This document shows, one piece after another, positions 1 through 11,800 of a stretch of 64,000 nucleotides of DNA. Source of the stretch: Tubiluchus corallicola (Eukaryota; Animalia; Priapulida); contig JAQGDQ010000023.1 of NCBI GenBank assembly GCA_030141605.1, forward strand, positions 62,001 to 126,000, written 5' to 3'. Both the position numbers and the translations under genes were made by a program. Numbering within the stretch: position 1 is the stretch's first letter; each line of letters begins with the position of its first letter. The notes beneath the pieces are model-generated. The model had not been told where the DNA came from. It worked only from the letters and a program-made list of their open reading frames with translations, and made no database searches.

Positions 1-1
1 C

Positions 2-154
2 TCGATTCTTGTCATACTGGCTCTATTCGTGGCCGTGTTTATTCCTGACTCAATTAGTCACGTTATTGTTATGAAGCCTCATCATAAGCGTAGTAGTGCT
101 CTAAACCTGAGTGACACGGACTCCAACCCATTACTTCAAGAACAAGAAACATGA
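2..154 (+). CDS. 3' end of a probable membrane protein gene (partial, starts before the window)
   Basis: Frame from nt 2 reads SILVILALFVAVFIPDSISHVIVMKPHHKRSSALNLSDTDSNPLLQEQET*: a hydrophobic helix then a polar tail with an acidic dileucine motif (DSNPLL). AATAAA follows at ~197. Confidence 0.5.
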   Translation, partial: SILVILALFVAVFIPDSISHVIVMKPHHKRSSALNLSDTDSNPLLQEQET

Positions 155-847
155 TACATGCTGGCATCTAGGCACAGTTAATGAAATTATGGAAGAATAA
201 AAGTCTCGAGTTGAGTGCATTAATGTAAGCTGCTACTGATAATATTCTGTGCATTCAACGTGTGTCAAATCCACGTGGATTCGGGTATGTGAGTGGATAG
301 ATGTGGAATGCACTGGACAAGTGGAAGAGCAGTGTTTTCAGCTGTTGAACTGCATCAACTGAAAGCTAATTTATTTTAATACACTTTTAATTTATTAATA
401 AGTGATTTAGTGCATCTTGTAGTTCTACAGCTTAGGTTTACCAATTTAAAATAATATAACAGAATAGCTTCATGCAGCATGAAAATGGTGTAGGTCCAGA
501 GACTAGATAGGGCATAATTTAAATGCTCCCAGTTGTGTTTAATGTCTACTGTGCATATTTGGCACTTTGTTGAATCATTTGTGGGTTTGTCCCCTGTGGT
601 AATTACTAGAATAACTTTTAGAAGATTTTAAAGGATGTACTAAGGATTTTTATTTAATTTAAAAAGCTTGTTCATTAGTGCTAAAGGGCATTGACTCGGT
701 TGGCAGCTTGATTGTTTTGGTTGTTAACAATTGAATTATTAAATTTCATATAAATTACAATCAATTGGGCAACTTCTGCTACATGTGCCTGTATAATTTT
801 TTTCTGTTAGTAATGCTCTCTGTGTAAAACTTGATTTTATTCATTAA

Positions 848-1354
848 CAGTGGTGGCTCATGGATAGGTACTGTGGCACTGCAGCAACCCCGTTTTCACT
901 TATTATTATTGATAATATTCATTATAATAATCTTTTTTCTTTAATTCTTTCTTCATACTTGTGCGGAACCGGAGCACGTGAGGAAGTACAATTTGCTTCA
1001 CAGACTAAGCAACGTGGTGTTTGGTTGCTGCGCACACATGTCAGAGATAGACACTGTACTTTAAGGAGAAAGAGCACTGTCGCTCACTGCAGTACATGTT
1101 CTCAGTTGTCACGAGTTTAAAAGCCGTGTATCAGCATATTCTTGAAGTGCGACAATTTAGGCTATTCGTAAGAAAACAATATTTTTTGTTTAAGAGTTTA
1201 TCAAGGTTATGTTTAAATTGGTTTGTTTGTTTAAAATTACAATTACAACATTATAATTACATATGTTTGTTTCGTTTTACACAGTATTAAAACAATGGCT
1301 AAAAAATTTTAATTTTGCAGCACCCCCACTAATTTTAGCTATGAACTGCCACTG
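848..1354. mobile_element. Non-autonomous hAT-like DNA transposon (MITE), copy 1
   Basis: Imperfect TIRs CAGTGGTGGCTCAT / ATGAACTGCCACTG; 8-bp flanks TTCATTAA (840-847) and TTCATGAA (1355-1362) match 7/8; a second diverged copy lies at ~20241-20784. Confidence 0.8.
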
Positions 1355-4300
1355 TTCATGAATTTAAATTTTAGTGATTTCAAACGAACAACAAACAAAT
1401 CTCTTTGAAAATTATCTTTTTGGTTATTACCGAAGTGCTTGTTATCAAATTAATAACAAGTATTTTGGTACTAATTTAAAAGATAATTTTCAAAGAGATT
1501 TGCTTGCTATTTGGTTGAAATCACTAAAATTCATGAATAAAATCATGTTTCAAACAAAAATCAAGAATTCGTTGAACAAAAGTGCAGTTGTTCTTCCGTA
1601 ATAACTAGTTCCCTTCATGGTATGTAGTAACTACGCGCTTTTCAAATAGGTATTGCACATTTGGATACCAAACTTAGTAAATAATATTGTTTGCATTTCT
1701 ACTTACAATAAAATTAGTAATACAATAGTAAAGGCTACAAAATATCCATATAGCTCCATACAAATGTCTGAAATAACTGCAAACAAGTAGTTACAGTTTA
1801 GTTAATTTCGTAGCAGAAATAACAGTAAAAAGTGACTTACTAAGTACTCAATAAATTTACTTGGTTGGAACGATTGCGCACAGACCAACAAGCTTAATCT
1901 TAGTCTTCCCAAATGTGTAATTCAAGTGACACAAAAAAGATTTGCATGTCATTCAGTAAGGTACTAAAAATTTTCCATTTTAGTACCTTATATTGTGTAA
2001 TTAGTATTTTGCATTGTAGTTGCACATGATCGTTTCTCTTTACTGACTGTGCTTCCATCTGCGGTTGTTTTTCTGATACACTCATTTGTTGTACTGTGCG
2101 CTTTAAGTTCAATCTATGAATGCTTCTTATACTTCAATTTGCAACCCGAGTCATCATTGATTTACTAGTTGGATTATTCTGCAAACCTTTAACTTATTTT
2201 TATATTGAAAGTTATGCTAATAAATTATATCGAGCCATATTCATGTGGTGACATGTCGAAGTTCATATCATGTTCAGTATCTCATCAAAGACATACAACG
2301 GTAACTTAGAGACAGTTGAGTATCGTAAGAAATTTAGAATTTTAACTAAGTGTCATTGTGGATCAATATTTTGTAAATAAAAGATTTTGTTTTATAAAGA
2401 AATGGCAGTTTTGTGATTTGATCATTAAACTAGTGTTGGCACAATAATGCTGACACAACTGACTTTAGTCGATTGACTTTTGAAGATAATAAAAATCATA
2501 TGTATGTCATGGTAATACAACAGAAACTGCAATTTTGTCACATTCTTGTCACTTTGGAATGTAAAACAATGTGCATTTTGACTAAGCCAACAAAAATGTC
2601 TTCCAAAGCAAAATTTGCTAAGAACTGTGTGCAGACCTGGACTCTCATACATTAAGTGTGTGTGTGTCACACTCATTTTAAATCTTTCACATGCACACAC
2701 GCAACAAATTTCGCTCACACATTCCGCAAATTCACACGCAACTTTGCAAATCGCCTGGCTTCCTTTGCCATCAGCACCAACCGTGACACAATTAGTACTA
2801 CTCTCAATAATACGATAAGGTTCATGAGTCGCACAATGTATTATATTATACTAAAGCATGTTGCAGTTATTGAAATTAAGTACTTTTGGATGTTACTGAG
2901 CTTTTTCATGCCTACGAAAGAACATATTTATATATAAAGCACAGTAAACTGCAATAACAGCATAAGAAAGCTCAATAGTACCAAAAATTACCTTAATTTC
3001 TTCCAATTCTGCCTTAATTTTTTGATGATTTAATTATGATACCCAGAAAAAGCAAAAATTTCTGCAGTATAATTTCACCCTCCCAGCCAGGGGCGAAATG
3101 ATCTCGTGAATGTCTACGTTTCACACCCATTTTGCATCAAATGGTTGCCACGTCTGTGTGTAGCACTTCACTAACAATTCTCGTTGCTAGCTGACCCTTT
3201 GATTAGAGTAAAGTATGCCCATAGAAATATCTCAACGTTAATAACTCTTAACAGTTTATCCTAAAGACTAGTGCTAGTGTATGAAATTTTTAACATAAAT
3301 TAATTAGCATGATGTAACAGTTTATAATTAAAGTAGAATATAACTGCAGCAACAAAAATGCATGCCAAAAACTTCTAGTTTAAACTAATTTAGAAACACA
3401 AGCTTAGTAGCTTTATGAGTATATAAGCTCCTGCCATCTTGTGGCTATTTATTGAAATTTTATGACAAATCAGAATCTGAAGCTACAAATGCAATTAATA
3501 TAACATGCAAGATCTGCACTCGTTTGTCTTACTCTTAAACGAAATTAATACTTTAAAGCTTTATTTGGACATATTACAACTTATATACAAGTTAAAACCC
3601 AGTTCAAAATATTTTCAAGTACAAAAACAACATGAAACAGCAATAGCCGTACTTTGCAAACAATATATAAAGTTTAAATCAACTAGAAAAATAGTAAATT
3701 AGACCACAATATGCGATATTATGCATTTAGATGCGATAAAAACTAATTAATATTAATTATAATAAATTGGAATGTCAAAAAATGCAAGATAACAAATACT
3801 GAATCACTGTGTTGCATTTCTAATCTGAAAATATTATATAAATGTGCATAACTTCACAAACAGATACACTGAGATCACTTACAACAGCATGTGACATTGC
3901 AATTGCAATTAAACTGTGTGTTACACAATGGGTAAATTGAGAGGAGACATGGGAACTTTAGCAGTTCACAAAGAGCTAAACTGACAAAAATTAACGTATT
4001 TTTATCACCCTAGAACTGTACGAATAAGAACTTAGTAACAGATGTCTTCCACCTCAGTGACCATTCTGAGTAAAATGCACGGACGTTAGAAATTGCTGTC
4101 CGGTCTTATCAGACGTCATGATGAATCATATCCGATGATCATATGACAAGGATGTCTAATAACATTCCTCAACTTTTCTGTTGTTGTTGTTGCACACTGA
4201 GAAAAGATAAATAGAAAGCAACAATATATGTACAGCTGGTTACCTATCATATCTGCGCAAATGAGACTTGAATTGATACATACAGTATCATCACATTTTA

Positions 4301-5841
4301 GTCAATCACCGGTCATGTTTGGAGTGTATCTTTTCAGCCTACAGGTCACACAGTTTCATTTCTAGTACAGGAAATCATTACATGACAGAAAATCATTACA
4401 TTACAGAGATTATTCATCAACTGTTTTTCACTGTTGTCATCACTGTTTCCCACACAATGGAATAGCTTATCGGTCACGCTGTGTATATTTGCCCACAAAA
4501 ATTTAACAGTGCTGAGCCTGCATAGAAAATAGATACATGACTGCCATGAAACTGTTTCTGACCACAATTCCTCAGAATATTTCTCTCGTTGAGGGAGTAT
4601 GTATATGCATGCAGAAACGTGACTGGGATGCCTCAGCTGGTTCAGTATCTCATCACAGAGGATTACCATTGATAATAAGCCGAGTTACAGTTGCACCACA
4701 ACTCTCATTGCAGCTACTTTCATTGAGTGCTGAATTGTGCATTCCAGTGATCACAGTTGCAAGAGAAACAAATCACTTTAGCTGTCATTCCCCACCACCC
4801 ACCGTACCCTTATTATCAACTCTAATTATTACTCTCACTTTTGCATACAAAAGTGAACTCCCAAATAAAAAAAGTTTTGCTAACAAAGAATGGGCACACA
4901 CTGTCCTGTTGGGAAACATGGCCAAAAATAGTTCCATGCTTAACATAAAGTGATTTATCATTAAGCACAATTAGTCCAATTGCAGTGAGCTTGTTATTAC
5001 TGTCGTAGTTTCTGTCCCCATCAACTTTCAATTCGTTGATCTTCATATGCTTTCAGGAAAGTTTTTAATAAGTTGTTATTGTTCTCTATAATCAACTTTT
5101 CACTTACAGCTCCAGTTGTAGACTTTATATTAATAGTCTATATAGTCTTATAGTAGAATCTATAATCTGTTACGCATCTAGAAAAGCATGTGACGTAATT
5201 TTCCTTTTTTAAAATTATTTAACTCAGATCTATAAGCTTGCAGATACAAAGAATAGCTACATACTGCCAGTTCACATCACCGTCTGAACTGCATCAGAAG
5301 GACCATCTAGTCACCAACGTATCTGTTTATCAGAGCACACCTTACACTTGACAAGTCTTACTAACGGTACGTTCAGACTAGCGAGTTTTCTGTCGTGAGT
5401 TTTCTCTCTGACGACAAACTCGCAAGTGCGAACTGTTTTGAGAATTACTGTTGGCAAGTAAACTCTCTGACAGTTGCTGTGAGTTGATTTCCTGTGAGTT
5501 ATTCTCTAGTGTGACTGCCTCAGTGAGTTATTTTCGACACTTCTCGCAGTGCATAGAGAAGCGAGTGTCAGCCCATGCTTAATGTCAGGGAATAACTTGC
5601 AGCATGTTTTGCTCTTTGGTCTGAACATGCTTGCAAGTTACTTGGCGAGTTTCAAAACTCACAGGTCTCAACACACCATAACAGCACAGCAACAAGACAA
5701 TAACTTGCAGCAGGATTAAATGTTTCTGCACTACAAAGCCCAGTAAATCTGCTAAGTAGTTTCCATAAAGCTGTCCTTTTAATAAGTACAAATGGCAATC
5801 TTTATAAAGAAATTAGTCACACACACACTTTCTAATTGTTG

Positions 5842-8800
5842 TTACTTAAGCTCAAAGAGCTTTAGATCTTCTAGTGCCATATATTCAGATGCAGTCGCTG
5901 TGAGCGACACATTGTGAGCGCTTGAAGTGTAAGGCACAATCTTTGACACCACCGGAGAAGTTGGTACTAAACTAAGTGAATTGTCAGGAAACGTGTACAC
6001 TTCACACAAGCTACCATCGTCTTTCACGACAACATGATAGACATCTGACGTTTCAACTGAAGCTTGTACGACGTGCCAGTCTGTATCGCTGCTTTCTTCA
6101 AGGCTTTTCACGTTAATATTAATGCGACCTTTAGCTGTCATCTGAATCCGGACGCCATCCCCCTTTCCTGTGCTTCTCAAAAACACACTTACTCCACCAT
6201 CTGAATCTTCTTTATTGAGAGAGAAAAATTGCATGGTAAACTCCAGTTGCACACGTTTTAAGTTTTGCTTTGACTTCACTGATATGACTCCATCCTTCAA
6301 AACCAAACTCTTACAACCGGCTAAATAATTATTGTCTTTAGTCCAGTATGTGATATTCCAAAGTGAGTTCAGATCACAGAGCTGTTTAGGTGCTCTCTTT
6401 CTGGAATGGAATTTCTCAACATCAAATGATGACAAGTCGTAATACACCTGAAAATAAACAAAACCTCTGACATACACAAAGTGACTTCAATTGCACAATC
6501 CTGAATTTAAGATGGCAAATCGAAAATCCGTCTCTGGCAATCAATTCATTATAGAATATTCCTGTACAAAATCATGACAATTCTTTGCAATTGGTAGACG
6601 ATTTGGTTTTTGTCAAAAATGATGTTACTGCTCCCAGCTAGAATTCAAGACACAGGTCAAAAATCAATGTGGAATTTGAGCCAGTATATTTCTAAAAAGT
6701 TTCATGACAATCCAATTTGGGTTTTTAGAATGTTGTTATCGCTGCCATTTTGAATTCAAAATGCCAGATTGAAGATTCCTTCTAATATATTGCTACAAAG
6801 TTTCATGACGAGCCAATGTGAGTTAGTGGAGCCATAAGCTTTTTTCGAAAACAATGTTATCGCTTCCATCTTGAATTCAAAATGGCAAAGCGAAAATCCG
6901 ATTTCATCAGTTTGATTGTAAGTCTGTATAAATGTGAAATAGTGACCAAATGCCATGCCCCTCCTGCAATGCTGTTCCCACAGCACTGCACCACTGAGGT
7001 AATTAAGCTGGTAATTATAAAGTAATTATGAGAAAATGTAATTATACTTAGCTGTAAAATTGTGATTAAAATATAATAAGTTGCTACTAGCAGTTACTGT
7101 CTGATACTATCAATAAAAGAAGAATAGCAAACTCACCTGATGTACTGGAAATTTGGTCCTTATGTACAGCATGTCGTCCAATGCAGGACGATCGCCAACA
7201 TGGTCCCAAACAGTGATACTTCCCTTAGTGACATCGACCAACCACCTCAGTTGATGTTCTGATCTTCGCACATATGATGAATGCACTGGGAATGACACAT
7301 TACTAACAAGTGGTACCTAAAATATGGATAAACAAGAAACCTTGATGCAATGTGTATTTTTTATAATTTTTGGCATTTTATGAACAAGTTTCTACCTGTT
7401 ACTAAAGTATGCCGACTCAGACTTCCCTCATACCATAATGACCCCCTGCACATTTTGAATGACCAATGAGGTTAGATCATTACATAATTTTTGGCAATCA
7501 ATATTTGCTTGATCTGTCATACTCAAGCAAAATTATTATATTTTAAATAGATACTATGTGACATGCTGCAATGTTCTGCCTGCGCCTTTCTGCTGAAGTC
7601 ATCAATTAGTCAATGGACTAAGCCTGTAAGCTCACTCCTAATCCTGCACAACCCAATGCTCATCCACAAAACATTGGATGAAGACCTTTTAATGACCTTT
7701 GACCTCCCTTATGATCTGGGTAACTCAGTGACTATGGCCTGCTAACCAGAATAGCTAAAAACAATAAATTTGAAAAAACTAATCAGTGGTGTAATGGTTA
7801 GTGTTCCTGACCAACAATCAAGGTGGTCATGGGTTCAATTCCCAGGATGGGAAATCTCCAAATCTATGCCTTTGTATGGCATTCTTAAAGAACATGAAAT
7901 TGGCATTTTAGCATGGATTAAGGAAGTAGATCACAGTTCCTTTAAATGGTGAAGCATGCATGCTGCTGCATTTGCAAAGAGACAATGTCAACTTAAGAAT
8001 CAAAAATAGAATTACCATAGAAGACCTTTCCTTGTGAGAGATAATCAAATAGGGAAATCACAGCCTAGCCAAACAAGAACACATTAAGATCGTAAAATTA
8101 AGTTATAAAATTTGGTATCTTTTGCATGCGTAAGTGAGATGGTTATTATATACCACATTAAACAAATGCTTATTACAATCAAATTTACATACAAGAAAAT
8201 AGTAAATACTTGTTCTCCAAAGTGAATATTAATTTAAATGGACAAGCAGCACAAATGGAGAGGAGGAGGAACAGGGTGTCAGCTCTGATTCGCACATTCC
8301 AGTTTCCGTGCTAGTAAAACAAAAAATCCATTAATGGCCTGATGCTTTACAGGAAGTGGGCAAGAAACAGTGTAACAGCAGCACAGCTGGCTGGGCTGTC
8401 TGCTGCTGTACAGATCAATGTTACTACTCAGTTGAGGCAGCAATCAATATTTTGAACCAAGTGCCTGTGTTAGCATGGTGAGAGCTCATGTGTTTTACAC
8501 AGAATGTGATTTTCGAGTGAAGGAAAAATAAAGAACGAAGTGCTCTTCCTGTAATATGATGATTCATAAGCACTTTTAATGTCAAACTGCATTATGATGG
8601 ACAGTTATAGGACTATACAAACAATGAACTATTTCAATGAAGCTACCTCATAATGCCATGCAGTTCAATACTACGAAAACCAGAAAAAGAAATTAACACT
8701 GGAAGAAAATGCCTCTCAGCAGATAAAGCTGGTTCACATTTTTAAAACTTCTCAAATTGGATGCTCATTTTTCTTAAAAAAGAAAGATGGAAGACGACGA

Positions 8801-11800
8801 TGAAATTGAAAGAGAAGTGATGAAGATCCTGCAAAATGCCATTGAAGTTGGTGATATTAGCTTACTTAAAAATCTACTTAAGAATCAGACCACCAGTGCT
8901 GTCTTAGATAACGGCGACAGCTTCCTGCATTTACTACTGAAGTGCCATCTATCGGGAGAAGTTTTAACGGCACACAGTCCTATAATAGCTACAAAGGATG
9001 GTGCTAAGATGTTAGACACAGATGAGATTATCGATTTCATAGAGCACTTTGCAGAAAGTGGGAATGACATTGATGGAAAAGACAGCGACGGAAAAACGGC
9101 ACTGCACATTTCTTGTGGTGCCGGCAATGTGGTGGTTGTGAATAGACTCCTCGATCTTAAAGCTAGCATTAACGTGTATGACAATAACGGCAATAGTCCA
9201 TTATACGAAGCCGTCATACAAAACCATCCTGATGTTGTTCAGCAGTTATTACAACGAGGCGTGGATCCTAATCAGCTACAGCATAAGGATAAGCCCACCC
9301 TTCATTTTGCGGTAGCCAGTAATAGCCGGGAAATTGTGAAATTATTGCTAGAGCGAGGTGCTAACATAAATGAACTATATGAGTGGAAGAGCAGCGATCT
9401 GTCAGCGTTCTGCGAGCCATGCAAGATCCATAAAACACCTCTTCATGAAGCCAACACAGAGGAAATGTTGGAGATGCTACTGGAGTGGGGTGCTAAACCA
9501 AATGCTTTGAACGAAGATGGTCGCACGGCCTTACACCTTGCTTGCAGCTCCAACGAGACAAAGCTTGCAAAGGTTTTACTAGAGAATGGTGCTAATCCCA
9601 ACATGCAAGACAAGCACGGATTTACACCATTGCACTGGGCTTGCTCTTCGGCACACCTTCCCACAGTTCAGCTTCTGTTAGAGACCGGGGCAGATCCAAA
9701 AGCGGCATTTCCGCAACACGTTCTGGATACCCCGGCACACATCATTGCATACAGGGTTAACAAAGGAATGCTAAGCGATGAGGTGAAGATTCTAGAGTTA
9801 CTGTTTGCTTATGGTGCTGAAGTGAATGCTCAACGCACAGATGGCGAGACTTTGCTCACGCTAGCTGTAGCCAACTGCAAGTCTCATCTGCTGCCCACAC
9901 TACTGCAACACTCGGCTGATGTAAACATGAAGAACAACAGCGGGGAAGCATCGCTACATTTCACGTGTCGTCTGGCACATTACCGCATGACGGAACAGCT
10001 ACTTCTGCAAGATGCAAATCCAAACACGACGGACGACAAAGAGCAAACACCTCTGCACAAGACTATTGACTGTGCCGTGACAAAGTTGCTACTCCAGCAT
10101 GGCGCAAATATCAATGCAATTGCAGAAAACAACAACACTCAACTATCCCTAGCGATATCCCTAGTAGCAAAACAAAAGCAGCCACTAATTGTCGTTAAGC
10201 AGCTGCTAACTACATATGCGGAAGTGCAACGAGTAAATCCGGCTGTCAGCTTAAACGCTAACATCCGTAACTATATCACCGGAAAGGCACCATTGGACAA
10301 CATTTTTTGGCTACTGCTCCACCACACAGACTATTCTCAATCAGAGCGGCTGATTGCGTACCAGATCATCTACATGCTGCTTTATGAGTTTAACGCGCAT
10401 GCTGATATTGTCAATAACTGGGAGGGAGAATCGGGACACCTCCTCTGGAAGCAGATATATCACACTTACCCGGAACACAGCACCCTAATGAATGACATTC
10501 AGCGGGCTATGAATAGGGCATATCACTTTAGCCTCACCTGCATGTGTGCCAGAACCATATGTAACTACGAAATTTCGTATACGGACAAACTACCAGAGGC
10601 AATAGTGAGATTTGTTAACTTGCACTGCCGGCCAGTCAAATTGCCTCTGTACTGCACAACTGGTCAAGACAGAAGTTGTACCATTGGCAGTAACACAGCA
10701 GTTTACTCTGTCAGAAGCAAGCAAGTGAAGAAGAAGCAGCAATGTCCTTGGAAATGTGCTTGTACACTTATATAAAAAATCTGCATTAAATTCTAACCCC
10801 TGACAGACTATTACTACTCATATTACTACATAATGGTATACAGCAATTTCCCATTAACTTCTATGAGTATTCATATGGCTAGCTTATACCATTTGACCAT
10901 GTAATCACTAGACCTGCACTAACTAGCTTTTTGATAGTCAAGATTTCGACTTTGTCTTCTGCAAACTATTTACAAAGCTTAGCAATTTTTGCCATCGTAA
11001 TAACGTTTACATCGTTTATCTTATAAATTAATTCTTATGCAAACACCGAAAGTTGTGAGACTAGTAAGTGCAAACTTATATGAATGTAAACATAGTTAAA
11101 GCTTAAACATATCTAAAAAATAAAATTATACCAGCAATGATGCATTATGAGAATTACAATTGTAATTGTTGTCTAAGTTGGTTATCTTTGCTCATTTTTT
11201 ACATCCTGAACACCATAAAATGGCAGCAGTACACTCAGAGCTGTATTATGATCTTATGGGACTCCTAGACTAATGAAATTATGAGCATCCTCAGATGGCA
11301 CTACTCTATTTAGTATTTTAGCAACATTTACATACACGAAGTAAATTTATCGCAAATTCTTTAAATAAACTAGTTTAGCCATTCTTGCTTTTGCTTGTCA
11401 AAAAAAAACTCTTCAAGAAATATTTGCTGCTATTTTGCTTTTTATTGGAAACTAAATTAGTACATATTTCAACGCAACCGTAGCAAAAAACAGATTTTTT
11501 TACCAAATGTTACTGAAGCTTGATGGGTCCTAGGCTGCAGCCTACACTAGCCTACAGGATAATATGGCATCGAGTGGAATGCATAAAATTTAAACATTTG
11601 TAACTCAGAATGTAAAAGTTTACATTTTCTACAGCTAGAGTGCTGCAAACACAACAATGATGAGGATGCTGTTTCACTTATGGCAATTTTCATTTATAAA
11701 GATGCAAATTTCACTATTTTTCTACAAATCTAAACTCATTGCAAACATATGCATTTAACAATAGAACCAATCTGGTGCAAAAAAACAATAACCCACAAGT

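Noticed and set aside
4346-5046. Overlapping 60-138 aa ORFs downstream of FAM151
   Set aside because: No recognisable motifs or consistent exon structure; likely UTR or intergenic.
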